DNA of 64,000 nucleotides from Eledone cirrhosa (GCA_964016885.1 OZ024758.1:5394001-5458000), one strand, 5' to 3'. Shown: positions 1-14,786, counted from the first letter of the stretch. Program-made: numbers and translations. The notes: generated by a model not told the origin, from the sequence alone.

Positions 1-1900
1 AAGCTCACAAATCAATAACCCGCTACAATAAAGTTTGTAACTTTAAGAAGAAAACAAAGAAATGAGAAAAACTATAAAACAATAAATATATTTTTGTAGA
101 ATTTAAATCTGTGTTGTTGATTTTATTTGAAAACTATTCTAATTACCATATATAGTCAAATATAAGGCAGTGAATTGGCAGAGTTTTTTAGAATGTTGGA
201 TAAAGTGCTTTATGGTATTTGTTCTGGCTTTCTGCTCTCTCAGTTCAAATCCCACCAAAGTCAATTTTGCCTTTCATCCTTTAGAGGTCAATAAAAAAGT
301 ACCAGTCTAGTACTGGGGTTGATTCTTTCTCTATATTTCTTTCTATCTTTCTCTGAAAGAAATCTGCTGTATTCAGACCTGGAGAGAGGATGGGTTTCGC
401 CAGGTTTAAGATGCCCAAGAAATGCCATATGTCAATATGGTGTCCTTGCTCCATCAGGAGTTATGGGACCATACCATACCATTTGAATATAAGCCGAGGA
501 ATATGTAACCAAAAATTCGATGGGAGGGGGTTAACTTAGATACACCATCTGAGTAATGTGTTGATTAGCTGCCTCAGTATATTAGCAGGGTTTGGATTTT
601 TGCCTATTCCTCAAATATAAAATGGGGAGTGGGAGCAACTTATATTTGAGTATGTCTTTTAGAGGCATCTAGGGCTGTAGTTCTAGATACCTCTACAGGT
701 ATGGGATAGTCACAGTTGGAAGGTCTTTGATCAGGGCCTCAATTCAAGTTATACAATTTACAGGGAAAATTCTAAAATAACATTTGAAGGTATGATGGCT
801 TTTCAAGGGCCACTCCTGGTTACCACCTGAGCATCAATGAAGTAGAGTGGGATGTTTCTTTTGTTAAATCACGTAACACTGGAAGAATAGTCTCCAGTTA
901 TGGAATCGGACCCACGACATTAAGATCGTTAGTAAAACACACTACCAGGACATATCATTTTTTTTGCTATTCAAGGAAAAGAAGTCATTTGTTAGAAAGA
1001 AGAATTTAAAAGGGTTTTCACCCACAACACTCTCGAAATTTTTTGCAGTCAGTGTCAAATTACCTGTCTGGGGATGTCATAATACTCTCGGGTTCCAAAT
1101 AATGGGGGGGGGGGGGGTTAAGTGAGGGAGTTGGAAATTTGTTAATTTTTCTAGGTGGTTTCTGTTGATTATTTAAAAAAAAAACAATTAGTTTACATAT
1201 TGAGACGCCTACCCAACCTATTTATTTTATTACGTACGGGATTTGTAGTAATGTACTTATTTTTATCATGTATGTTTTTTTAATGTCACAGGAATCCTTC
1301 CACTTAAAATAAAATTTCGCCGGAGATAGATTAAGGAAATTTAATAAGTGCAATGGTTGGGAAAAAATCTGAAAAACAAATAAATGGGAGACGATTAGTC
1401 GAGTCCCAGGAGTATTTAGCAAAGATCAAACTCAATTCCAAAGTTATGGCACCAGCCGATAAATTTTTTATGAATTAAATTTTAGTTATCTCCCTTGGTT
1501 TAATTCTTTTAATTGTTCATCATGGATGCAATTTTGATCCACTGGGCTATACTTCCATTAGTATTGAATTATTATGTAGCAAATGTTGCTAAAATTGAAC
1601 ATACAGATATACAGTGTAAAGCGCTTATTACCATCACTTTCGAGTGAAGTCTTTTCAATGTCAATAACTGACTGATTCTAACGAGTGGATAGTTTTTAAT
1701 TCATTTTAAATAAACAATTTGCAACTTACTAACATTGTTCGTGATTATAATAAACAGCTTCCTCTGTGTCTATAATCACACACATACATATATATATTAA
1801 TCAATGTGCTGAGTTTCTTTCAAATCATATGCTTGGTTGGTCACCTATCTGTCCAACTCGTTTGACTACCAGCGTATCATGAACAATCATACATCTATGT

Positions 1901-1983
1901 ATTTTGTCTGACGAGGACATGTTCTGTTTTATGTTTTTATGTTATACATAAATCTTGCATCTCCGAAATATATATAATGAAAT
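1901..1983 (+). ncRNA. Type I hammerhead ribozyme, long stem II insert
   Basis: ATTTTGT-CTGACGA-GGAcATG...CATcTCC-GAAA-TATATA-T-A-ATGAAAT. Stem I 7 bp (with GU pairs), palindromic AUAUAUAU stem III, followed by AATAAA and (TA)n. Confidence 0.7.
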
Positions 1984-4900
1984 AAATAGAGATGATACAA
2001 AGTATATATATCTTTCGTTTATTACTATCATATAAATATATATATATATATTGAAACTAATAAACCTTTGTTCGTACTGCCTCTCTGTTTTGTTCCCGTT
2101 CAATTTTTTACTATATATATATATTATTAATTAGAGTATGTTAGTTATTCACCAACACTTTAGTATGCAGGGGAGATCACACGAATACGGCAGATTTCTT
2201 CCAGAGAATGATAGAGAGTGAGAGAATTGAAGTGAGAAAGAGATATAGAGGAAGAATAAACCACAGTATTTGACTGATACTTTTTTATTGACCTCGAATG
2301 GATGAAAGGCAAAGTTGACCTTGGCGAGATTTGAACTCAGAGTCGAGAGCTGAAACGAAAACCGCAAAGCATTCTACTCAACATTCTAACAACCCTTCCA
2401 ATTCGCCGCCATACATGAATAGTTATGAACTAACAAACGAGCCTCTGTATGATCACTAAATCTGCTAGAAATAACAGCCACTTCTTCCATAAATTATATG
2501 CTGCCATCTTGCAAATTAACAGTACATATTATATAATAGGTTTTTTTACTGCCTGGTTTATAGGCTTAAAATAACAAAAACATCTGTCAGTGGTGTAACG
2601 ATATACTGCAGGCATGAGTTCGAGTCCCAGGGGCAGTACTGTGCACATATTTTCTATCTCCATGGTTTATACCTATGGTTAATGACCGAAAGAATACGAT
2701 CATAAATACAAGCGACCAAAATGGGGTTCCTCTGAAATGTCTTTGAAGTAATGTTACTCGATAGCGTGCGTAACTCAGAGATCAGAAAGTCACTCTAGGT
2801 AGAGCCGCTACTTCTCCGAATTGAGAGATCACAGCTCCGATACAATGGGTATGTAGTTAGAATGTCTTAGGAAAGAAATGCTGGACAGATTTTACAGGCA
2901 AAAAAATAACCGGCAGGAGACCCAGGGGTAGACTCTGAGCAAGATGGTTGGATAACATCCATGAGCTTGGCTAGTCTTGCTTGGGGATCCAATCAGATCA
3001 GTTGGAGATGGTTGCTTCTAACAGGATATGCTGGAGGGAGTGTTTGAGGACTCTGACCCCATGACCCTCTCAGGATTAAGTGGGCAAAGAAGAAGACAGA
3101 GGAGTAGGAGAAGAAGAAGGGTTTATATACTCAATTAGACTAGTTTTCATTGTTAAACAACATTGATGCTTCTAAGGTTCAATTAAAAAACTTTGAATCA
3201 TTCAATGGTTCTAAAAATACACATATCTGAACATTCTACATTCATGTGTATCCTTAACGTAGTTCTCAGGGAGATTCAGCATGGCACATGACAAGGCTGA
3301 CATTTTGAATTACAGGTACAACTCATTTTTGCCAGCTGAGTTGACTAGATCAATGTGTCTTGCTCAAGGACAATGCATCACCAGGAGTTGAACTCAAATC
3401 CTTAAGATTGCAAACCCAACAGTTTGACCACTAAGCCTTGACAGAAAGGAATTAGTCAACTATAGTCCATGTGATATGAAATACTAACAGAAAGCTTAAC
3501 ACAAATTGAAAAATCATTTGTATATGAAAGGTCTGTTATTTTGTCCAGCCCAGGTCAGCTCTAATTCAGCAGACCTACAGTTAAAGGCATTCTAACCATG
3601 GCCATCATATCTATTATTAGACACTATATTTAGAACTACATTACTTAATGTGTTCTTCCTTTTTTCAAGACTGCATGATGAATTTTCAGATTGTTACTTC
3701 TGCAGTAAGTAGTCTGAGGATAACTGACATTATTGTGAGTTGGAAGATAAATAAATGTATCTGTAGTAAAGAGATTGAATTCTTGGAAAGAATTAGTTGG
3801 ATCAGACCATAAAATGTTGAGTCACATAGATTAGAGCGAAGGCAATACCAAAAAGGATGTAGAAACAAAAGCAGATAGGTCAGAAATCTAATTCCTACAA
3901 TACTAGCAAAAAAACTGACACACAAGGATAATGATGATGTAGACGGAAAATTCAGTGAATATAAAAATCCTGGATTGAAAACTCAGATTCAGTTTGGTTG
4001 ACATTTGATGTTTATTATTGTAGTATCACGTTTAAAACTAAACTGTAATGAGTTTGGCTGACATGCTGACCCAGTCTCATATTACAGGCAGCTATAAAGA
4101 CACCATCAGAGATGGTATTTCATCTGTAATAGTTATAATGGTTTCTAATATTGTCACAAAGCCTACAATTTGAGGGAAGGAGAAAATTGATTATATTGAC
4201 CCTAATACTTAACCTTTTAGCATTTACATTAGTCTATATTTACTATTAGTGGAGGCACATGACCTAGTGGTAAGGGTGTTGGACTTACAATCATAACGTT
4301 GTGGGTTCGATTCCTGGGCTGTGTTCTTAGGCAAAACACTTTATTTCACGTTGCTCCAGTATACTCAGCTGAGTACCAGCAATAGCTGGGGGTTTAACCC
4401 TGCGATGGAATGGTGTCCTGTCCAGGGTGAGTCTTGTACTCTCAGTCGCTTCATGCCATGAAATTGGGATAAGCACCAGCCAAATGAGCCTTCTGGCTTT
4501 AAACAGATTTTAGACTTCAGATATTTACTATTGTATTTTCATGGTAAACACTTTATTTCACATCATTTCCTCACATAATATCGAAGCTATGAGATTTTGA
4601 TGTCATTTATTTTGAGAACAATACCTTTACATCAATATGAGCAGCCAGTTATGGCCAGTTTGAACAGAAAGAGGTGAGAGAATTCTGGCCAGATACAGCC
4701 AGTTTAAATGCTAAAGAGTTAATGACTCCAGAAGGATGAAAAGTAAAGTTGACTTGGTGGGTTTGAACTAAGAACTTAGAAAGTCGGAACTAAATGCCAC
4801 AAATTTGCCAGACAAAGGGTCGGGAGAACCCTCCAGTCGTGTCAAGATCAAGATATCTGGCATTATCAAATCCCGCCGAGGTTGACTTTGCCTTTCATCC

Positions 4901-5979
4901 TTACGGGGTCGATAAAATAAAGTACCAGTAATGCACTGGTTAATTGCTGGCCTTGTGCCTAAAGTAGAAACAATTATCAATTAACATTTTTGTCTGGCAA
5001 ATTTTCTATGGCTGGATACCTTTCCCATCACCAACCACTTTACAGAGTGTACTGGGTGTGTTTATCGTGTAAACCACCAACACTAGGGAGGTTATCATGC
5101 CCTTGACATATATATAATCACTAAAATAAAACTAAAGCAGAACAGTGTTTTTATAGACAAAACCTCTGAACCTTATTAAGTAAAATAATAAAATAAAGGT
5201 ATTGAGTGACAAATTATTTCAGTCTTTGAAGCATATCTAATCCTTGCTGATTGAAATGAGATATGGAACTAAGAAGCACAATCTAGCAGGGGCTGTGAGG
5301 TTTTGTAAAGAAACAATATCTGATCATGAATATTTTACTTCATTCTATCTAGACTTTTAATAAGATTTGTCACAACTGAAAAAGTTAATTATTTTTAAAT
5401 ATTCCCATCTTTCACACAATAACATCAAATTTTTTTTTGTGTTCAAAGATTTTATAATGAGGTTGTTTTTTTTTCAATGATAATTTTCTCAAAAATCTTT
5501 AAATTATTTATAAAAATCTACCACAATATATGGCAAAAACAAAACAAATCAAACAACACTTATATAAAAGTTTGGTATTTACAAGGAAATGATATTTATA
5601 AATATATTTGAAAATTATATTTACAATAGTATAACTAAATCAATATTGGAGGATATTTGGCAAGCTGGCAACAACAGAATTATATATAAATTTAAAAACT
5701 AGTTTAAAAAAAAAATATCTTTTCATTCAGTTCATGAACAGCTGTGCTATAGTTTGTTAGATGCAAACAAACAAAAATCCTGTTCATATGCATTAATCTG
5801 CATATACATAAAAATTGTAAAGTGATATTGTATATTAATGAGATATAATTAAATACAATGGAAATTCATGTTCAGAAATAATAAAAAAAATGACTCATTT
5901 TAGATTCCATTTTCACATTACTAAGTATGAATTAGTTGGAGACATTTTACATAAAATATATTTTTCTATTGCAAGTTTT

Positions 5980-6390
5980 TTTTAATGAAATTTTAGCTTA
6001 ACCAAATTTAGTCAAATTTTAATGAAATTTTAGCTTAACCAAATATAGTGAAATTTTAATGAAGTTTTAGCTTAAACAAATTTAGTCAAATTCTAATGAA
6101 GTTTTTTCATCATCATCATCAGGTTGAGCTTGCTCAGCCTTCTACGACACGTTTCCTCCATCTATCTCTGTCTCTCATAGCGTTTGCCAGTTCTTCCGCA
6201 GTGCATCCAATATCATCCTCAAGTTGCTTGGGACGACCAGCGTTTCTTACTCCATAACAATACATCGCCTGCATTTTCTTCCTTGCTGCGCCAAACATAG
6301 TGAAATTTTAATGAAGTTTTAGCTTAACCAAATATACTCAAATTTTAATGAAGTCTTAGCTTAACCAAATATAGTGGAATTTTAATGGAA
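5980..6390. repeat. 37-bp tandem repeat interrupted by an RTE-like 3' fragment (~6108-6295, (ATG)n tail on the minus strand)
   Basis: ttttaatgaa(a/g)ttttagcttaaccaaat(a/t)tagt units on both sides of the insert. Confidence 0.75.
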
Positions 6391-6723
6391 ATTCAACAAT
6401 AACACATCAGTGCTCCATGTTTAATTTATGGAGTATGAAAAAACTGATAGAAATGATGTGATAAGTATAAACCAGGGTAAACTTTCACATTGTCTAATTC
6501 TTGGTAGCTGCTAAAAAGAAGAAAAAAAAACCCTATAAAGCAACTGAAAAATGTTTTAATATTCATGTTCATATAATGTTTCACTCAGCTTAATCTTAAA
6601 TTCTTAACATTCAGCAGAAAATGTCGAGAAAAAAAAACAGTTTGTTAATACAAATATTTATAGTATCTTTACCAGTGGACAGATCATTGCAAAAATTTGT
6701 AGTAAACTAAAGTAAAAACTTAA

Positions 6724-6932
6724 CCCTTTAGCATTTAAACCGGCCATATCCAGCCAGAATTCTTTCATATCTTTCTGTTCAAACCAGCCGTAATCAGTCC
6801 CTTATACTGACGCTAAGGTATTTTTCTCAAAATAAAAATAAAAATTTCATAGATTCAATATTATGTAAAATAATTATGTGAGATAAAGCCTTTACCATGA
6901 AAATACAATAGAGTAATGTAAATGCTAAAGGG
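6724..6932. mobile_element. piggyBac-type MITE; further copies at ~4213-4718 (SINE inserted), 11970-12180, 55909-56127 and ~56357-56580
   Basis: TTAA|CCCTTTAGCATTTA ... TAAATGCTAAAGGG|TTAA. Confidence 0.88.
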
Positions 6933-9900
6933 TTAATGTGATACAGTCATAGCGCTGCTTTGTACTTTTGAAGACTGCTTTGCTAGTGTGGTTTTATTCA
7001 GTACACAATGTTAAGAGTTAATTACTATCAGATGTCTAATTCATGTATAGAAGTGGACTGGATGTAAACTAGGAAGCTTTATTTCAAAATCAAGGGTGAT
7101 ACTAGTTATTCACTAGGTTACTTGCACACATGAATTAAGACATTTTTCCTCTTTAGGCTACAAGTCTGACAATTATAATCCTGTTAAACAATAACATATC
7201 TTGCCATTATATTTTAGCAGTTTTGAAAGCAACAAGGCAGGATACAACTTTTATTGTTGCTTAATACTAGCAGCTGTTGCTTTTAGAAAGTTCAGTAACC
7301 TCAAATGTTTTATTTGTAATTTTTTTTATTGTTCAACAATTCAAATATATGATCTGCCAGCACAAATTTACAGTAATGTCTATGATTTGAATAAAACATT
7401 TGGGGGGGGGGGGGGGGGGGGGGGGGGGGCTGTAACACACTTCTATATTACACCAATGGTGTAATATAGGGCGGTGGATTGGCAGTATCGGTAGAGGGTC
7501 GGATGCCATGCTTTGACGCATAGAGTCACGGCCCTTTGCATTCTGAGTTCAAATCCCGCCGAGGTCAACTTTGCCTTTCATCCTTACGGGGTCAATAAAA
7601 TAAAGTACCAGTAATGTACTGGGTAATTGCTGGCCTTGTGCCAAAGGTAGAAACAACTATATTACACCAATGGTGACTGTTCGACTGTCACTATATATTA
7701 CACCAATGGTGACTGTTAGACTATCACTATATTACACCAATGTCTGTTCTTTCATACAAAGACTTTGTGATACTTCTGTGGCTGTAGTGATATTATAAAC
7801 AAAATAATATAGAAACTCCATACCGGATAGAACTGTCATGGGCAACCTGCGGCCTGCGAAGCTTTCTGAATGGCTCGCCTAAGTCACCTAAGTGAAATCT
7901 TTCTGATTTTTTTACCCCAACTTTTCAGTCGTAATTTATCTTTCTATCATTTTTACGATCGAGGAAAACATGTACGAATTCTGAAGGAACAAATCAAAAC
8001 AACCTGAGTTACCACCCTTTTTTTTAATGTGGGCATGAATGTAAATTAGCGCTTGTGGCCCACCTGATGATGAGCCATATCTCATGTGGCCCGCTTCTCG
8101 ATAAAATAACTTAATATCATCCCTCCAATCAGATTATATCTCAATATCTTGATGTACTCTTTTCTACTGCATGTTTCCTTGTCAGATGATACCAGTAGAA
8201 GTGGTTGTGCCAACAGACACAGATACAAATGGGCCTGTGAATATTGGCTCTGGATGTTGACCTGTAAAGCTGACAGGCTCCTCCTTTAACCCCCAATTTC
8301 CAGCTGCACTACTTACAAGGATCAACAGTAACCCATCAGTCATTCCTTCTGTCTATTCCCCCACCGGTACAGCCAAGTTCTGTCCTTTCAACTTTGTTTA
8401 AGCCTCCTCACCTCTCAAAAGCTGAATTTTCTTTATTCTGGAAACATATCTTCCAATATTCTAGAAATTAAACAATCCTCTTTCAAAGTTTCATCTCCAG
8501 CTGGATCTCACTTCATTATTTAATTTCATGGGGTCGATAAAATAAAGTACCAGTCACGCACTGAGGTCGATTTAATTCAATTATTTAATTTCAAGAAACC
8601 TAACAACAATCAACTGACTCTTTTAATATTTATTTACAATGTATCACTAAAACCATTTCTGGTTAAACATTAGTTCAAATATGTTAACATTGATTTCTCC
8701 ATTTCAGATTATATGCAATCATCATCATTGTCATTGTTTAACATCTACTTTCCTTGCTAGCAAGGGTTGGACGGGTCTACATAGACCAAGTCAATACTGA
8801 AGCTGGGCTACTGATCTCACAGATAGGCCACGGGGGCTCTGCATCTCATATATGGTCATACACACTCTTTCTCTCTATATATATATAACAGAGTGTTGTA
8901 GTTTACTGGAAGCATTGTTGAATAAGAAACACAAATTTAAATAATTTTGAAAACCATACAATGCACTAGAAAATTAAAATTGCCAAGATAATAGAATCTT
9001 ACCTTAGCAAATATAATTGTTTCTACTTTTAGCACAAGGCCAGCAATTATCCCAGTGCGTTACTGGTACTTTATTTTATCGACCTGGTAAGGATGAAAGG
9101 CAAAGTTAACCTCGGCGGGATTTGAACTCATACCATAAAGGGCCGTAACTCTATGCTGCAAAGCATGGCGTCCGACCCTCTACTGATACTGCCAATCCAC
9201 TGCCATTAGCAAATATAATAATAATAATAACAAAGTATCAATATAGCATCATTGTTTATTTCACACCTGGTGCGTGTTTCATGATTGATCAGTATTGACC
9301 AGGCCCAACTCTGGAATTGAGGGCTCATCAGACTAATGCGCTATCGATCACAGAATGCGTGAATAAACATAATGATGCTATATTGATACCTCCTTATGAG
9401 GTCGATAAAATAAAGTACCAGTAATGTACTGGGATAATTGCTGGCCTTGTGCCAAAAGTAGAAACAATTATTATCATTAACACTGCTTCTTAAGGGTACC
9501 AAATATGGTGTAATACCAAACATACAACACCACATTGGAAACCAGACCCACTCAAGCATCAAGTGCTCTAACTGGTGAACCAATAGTAACTAAATGTTAC
9601 ACACCAATAAACTATATATATATATATATATATATATGTTAAGTATTTCCATGGAGAAAGTAAAGGAAAGAAGAGTCAAGACCCAGACAGCATTCAGACC
9701 TAGCTGTTGAAACAGCTGGAGCTCAGCCGTCAGGGTCCTGACTCCTTTCCTATATATATATATATATATATATATTGTAGTACAAACTTGGTATGAATAT
9801 CCACAGGTTTAGAACACTCAATCCATGAGACGAGTTATGTATTATCAGTTACAACAGTGACATTATGTAGATACTTAAGTTTCGTTGGTTTTAACAGCAA

Positions 9901-10016
9901 CTCATTGAGCCTGCATCACAATATGGCTGACTGAATGAGTTGCTGTTAAACTTAAACCCAACGAAACTTAAGTATCTACATAATACCACTGTTGTAACTG
10001 ATTACATATATAGTAT

Positions 10017-10897
10017 ATCATCATCGTTTAACGTCCATATTCCACGCTCGCATGGGTTTGGATGGGAGTTTTCCCACTTGAGGCAAGAGTGGTTGACTTG
10101 CGGGTTTTCTACAGCTGGATGCCCTTCCTAACACCAACCACATTTACAGTGTGGAACTGGGAGGTTTTTGCCGTGTTACCTACACGGCCACATTACAGCG
10201 TGGACTGGGTGTTTTTTTGTCGTGACACCTACACGACCTCATTTGTTTCGGGCTGGATGTTGTGGTACCAACATAACTTTACATTGAAAGGGGTGGTGTG
10301 GATGGGGTGGGGGTAGTGGGACGGAGGTGTATTTATATATATATATATGAGAACAGAGTAGTGTAGTTAATACAAAGCATTGTGGGATATATAGTAAATG
10401 ACTGATAAATCTTTTAAAAGCTGCTACAGTGCAGTAAAAAATACTTTGTATTGTTTTGTTTCATTTACCATCATCAACTCTCCCTAGTTTCTACTGGATG
10501 ATACCAGCATTTAAAAAACTTATCAGTTATATATATATATACATTGGGACTTGATAAATTCCGACCTCATACACTTACACCTCTCCAAGACAATGTCACT
10601 GGACCGAGATCTTGTAAAGTTATGTTGGTACCACAACATCCAGCCCGAAACAAATGAGGTCGTGTAGGTGTCATGACAAAAAAACACAGTCCACGCTGTA
10701 ATGTGGCCGTGTAGGTAACACGGTAAAAACCTCCCAGTCCACACTGTAAACGTGGTTGGTGTTAGGAAGGGCATCCAGCCATAGAAAACCTGCCAGACAG
10801 TCCTATGCGAGCAAGACAACCACTCTTGCCTCAAGTGGGAAAACTCCCGTCCAAACCCATGCGAGCGTGGAATATGGACGTTAAACGATGATGATGG
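10017..10897. mobile_element. Two near-identical inverted copies of a SINE-like repeat with (ATG)n tail (10017-10281 and 10614-10897)
   Basis: catcatcgtttaacgtccatattccacgctcgcatggg... and its reverse complement. The track ORFs on opposite strands share peptides. Confidence 0.8.
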
Positions 10898-11589
10898 TAT
10901 ATATATATATATATATTTAGATATACACATATTCACATACATACACATATATACATACTTATACACACACTATGCGTACACATATATATATATATATATA
11001 TACTTACACTATGCATACACATATATACATATACATACTTACACACACTATGCATACACATATTTACACACATATATATACATACTTACACACACACTAT
11101 GCATACATATATTTACACACACACATACACATACATACTTTACACACACACACTATGCAAGGTGATGCAAAAGCGATTGATTAGAAACAGCTGTAGTTTT
11201 TGTTTTAAATAATTTCACTCATTTGTTTCTTTATTGAAAATATAAAGTAAAACACTTAACATTGTGGCAATGGAAATGGAAAGGGGTCACATTAGAGCCC
11301 CCTTAAATGAGACCTTACTCTTTTAAGGAAAAGTATAAACCAATCCCAGCCAAAAATATAACATCAGTAAGTCATGGATCAATGATTTGCTGGATGAGGG
11401 GTGAAACAACAACAAAACAACAACAACATTTTGATATGTCATTGAAGCTGCAAAGGTTAATATTTTGTTTTAATTATATTGAAACTGAATTAATTAAAGA
11501 ACAACTAAATGTAATTGAAGGTCATTACTACTTCAAAGAAACTGCAGCTTCAACATGAAACAGATGGTTGTTAATACAACTTTATATAC

Positions 11590-11775
11590 TGTATATACTC
11601 AAATATAAGCCGACCCCCTCTATTTTATGTCGGAGAAATGGGCAGAAATCCAAACCCCATTTATAAGCCAAGGCAGCTAATCAACAGATTGTTTAGATGG
11701 TGAATATAAGCCACCCCACCCCTTACCATTGATTTTTGGGGTCACATATTTCTTGGCTTATATTTGAGTATATAT
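11590..11775. mobile_element. pogo/Tigger-type MITE; related to ~473-655
   Basis: TIR-like ctgtatatactcaaatataagcc / ggcttatatttgagtatata. Confidence 0.65.
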
Positions 11776-11969
11776 AACAATTAATAAATATTAATTCTTC
11801 GTTGATTATCATTCTATTGTTGGTTAATTTTGTAATTTTTCTAAAAACTACAAATGAAAATATTTTTTGCACCATCTTGTAACTGAATGAAGATATCCAT
11901 TACTGCCAAACACTTTAGTTCCATGTTATCATGGTAACTGTACTCTTCAAATTACAGCGACCATATTAA

Positions 11970-12180
11970 CCCTTTAGCATTTAAACCAGCCATATCCGGC
12001 CAGAATTCTCTCACCTCTTTCTGTTCAAACCAGCCACTCATACTGATGTTAAGGTATTGTTCTCAAAATAAATAACATCAAAATCTCATAGATTCGATAT
12101 TATGCGAGATAATTATATGTGGTAAAGCTTTTACCATGAAAATACAACAGTATATATAGAGCAATGTAAATGCTAAAGGG
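11970..12180. mobile_element. piggyBac-type MITE
   Basis: TTAA TSD at 11966-69 and 12181-84; same TIRs as the copy at 6724. Confidence 0.88.
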
Positions 12181-13517
12181 TTAACACAGAGAACTGTATG
12201 AAACTGGCAGTGTAGAATGGGCAACCAAGTTCTTACATACACATAGTGCTGAATGATATAACACAATATTTCATGCAATATATCTTATGAAAGTCAGCAT
12301 GGTGGACGAGATGGCTTCTTCATCTCCATTGTATACTGGTAAAGGGTTTTCAATATATCACAACAAACTGACAAAACCCTCGTTAATTAAAGAACTTACA
12401 TTCATTAGAATGGTAAGTTGTGCTGCTTCCATTATACTTATTTACAGCTACAGTTACCAAACTTTTATAAAGAAACAACACCAACATATATTTGCATATA
12501 TATATATATATATATATGAGTGTTTTATCATCATTTTATGTCTGCTGTGGGTTGTGGATACATATCAACATCACCGTTTAACCTCCATTTTTCTACGCTA
12601 GCATGGATATGTATACACTTAAGAAGAAAATATTTTCTTCCTAAATATACCAACTCTGCATTTTATTATGTATTCAGTACTACTTGATTAGTGGTCTTTA
12701 CACCATAGACACTCCATGTACCACATCAGTGGTTGTTAATAATATCTAGGTGTGTCGCAAATTTGAGTCATACCTGATCTGGCAATTCTATATCTCGATG
12801 AATCATTATTTTAAAATACGTTTCATGTTAACAAAACTTGTCAAGAAGAGTTTAATTTTTCAAAAGTGTTTTTCCAAAGTGAGAAGTTTGGGGAAACTCT
12901 GATAGTGTGTATAATTATATATATATGTGTGTGTGTGTGTATGTGTGTATGCTTATATGTGTGTGTATACTTATATGTCTGTATATCTGTTCATATATGT
13001 ATGTTTATATGTGTGCGTGTAAGTATACTTGTTCATATATGTATGTATGTTTTATGTGTAAGTATATTTATGTATGTATATATGCTCATATATGTATTTG
13101 AGAATGCTTATATGTATGTGCGTGTGTGAGTATACCTACATGTGTGTGTGTGAGTATACTTATGTGTGTGTATATATATGTTTGTGTGTGAGTATACTTG
13201 TGGGTGCATATACGCTCATATATGCATGAGTATGCTTATGTGTGCGTGTGTGTAATTTATATGTGCGTTTATATATGCTCATATATGTATGCTTATATGT
13301 GTGTGTAGGTATTTATTGTAATGTAATTACAGTTACCACTCAAAATTTAACGAATATCTATCATTATTCAATCATCATCGTTTAACGTCCATTTTCCCAC
13401 ACTAGCAGGGCTTATGTGAACAGTAATAGGTATTCACAAAATGGTGAGTAATGACCATGAGTAATTTTGTCACAAGAAACGTTTACATGTGTGTAAATAC
13501 ATAAATATATATACATA

Positions 13518-14786
13518 CGAGGGGGAATCAAAAAGTTCGCAGAATTTTATTGTAGTAAAAAAAAAATAGGTTAATACAATATTAAACATGTCAGAACGTT
13601 CTCACTACTATTAGTCACTTGCAGTCAGTTCAGTACTGATACTCTTTAAAAAACCTCTTTTTGGAACAATGGAAAATAGTTATTTTGAGATAAGATCGAA
13701 TATCAAGTTTCTGGTGAAACTCAAATGGAAAGGGACACAGATTATGGAGGCTTTAGTTAAAGTTTACGGTACTACTGCTGTCTACAAGTGGATTCAGCGA
13801 TTCAAGCAAGGGAGAGACGACCTTGAAGACGACCATCGCAGTGGAAGACTAGGAACATCAAAAAATGACGAAAACGTTGAGGCTGCTCAGACTTTAATTG
13901 AAGAAGATCGAAGAATAACAGTTAATCAGTTAGCTAAGTCCCTAGACATTTCATATGGTTCGGCAAATTCAATTCTGCACGATAATTTGGGACTAAGCAA
14001 GCTTTCAGCGCGATGGGTCCCAAAAGCGTTGCGCCCTGATCAGCTGATTCTTCGAAGTGATCTGTCTTTGGCGATATTAAACAAAATTGAAGTTGATGAA
14101 GAGCATTTCCTGACCAGAATCATCACCGGAGATGAAACCTGGATCTACCAGTATGATCCTGAATCCAAACAGCAGTCAAAACAGTGGCTTCCACGTGGAT
14201 CATCAGGGCCAATCAAGTTCAAATCTCAAAAGTTGGATCAAAAAGTGATGGCCACCATTTTCTGGGATTCAGATGGGGTGATACTAATAGATTATCTCGA
14301 AGGTCAAAGAACTGTGACAGGAGCTTACTATGCAAATGTTTTAAGGAAGCTGAAAGAGGCATTAGTCAAGAAACGAAAAGGGAAACTTCATGGTGGGATC
14401 TTGTTTGACCATGATAATACACCAGCGCATTCTGCGCGGGTTGCAAAAGAAGTTCTTTGAGAATTTCGATGGGAAGTGCTTCCTCACCCGCCTTATAGTC
14501 CAGATTTAGCCCCATCAGACTTTTTCCTCTTTCCAAAACTCAAAGAAATGCTAAAAGGAACCCGTTTTAGTGGCGTTGAAGAAGCTAAAAACACTGCTAA
14601 CAAATGGCTTCGAACAAGGCCTTCAACTTTCTTTAGAGATGGCTTACGAAGCTGGAAGCATCGCCTTGTGAAGTGTATTGATCTGGATGGCAACTATTTA
14701 GAAAAATAAATTGAAGATAAATCATATTTTTTGAAAAATAGAATATTTTCTGAAAAATTCCGCGAACTTTTTGATCCCCCCCTTCG
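13518..14786 (+). mobile_element. Full-length mariner (DD34D) transposon, about 1.27 kb
   Basis: Imperfect ~30-bp TIRs (cgagggggaatcaaaaagttcgcagaatttt / aaattccgcgaactttttgatcccccccttcg) flanked by TA on both sides (13516-17, 14787-88), enclosing a transposase. Confidence 0.95.
13669..14709 (+). pseudogene. Mariner transposase with one in-frame stop (TGA 14458-14460)
   Basis: The two track ORFs are in the same frame. Motifs ARWVPK, ITGDETW, HDNTPAH and HPPYSPDLAPSDF are present, with 34 residues between the 2nd and 3rd catalytic D. Confidence 0.93.

Noticed and set aside
8110-8465. Moderately GC-rich, coding-like segment (also 3720-4100)
   Set aside because: Stops in the frames examined, no recognisable motif or clear splice pair. 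It may be an ancient TE or pseudo-exon but cannot be called.
14458-14460. Rescue of the mariner transposase by A-to-I editing (UGA to UGI, Trp)
   Set aside because: No evident dsRNA structure at the site; simple CpG decay explains the stop.
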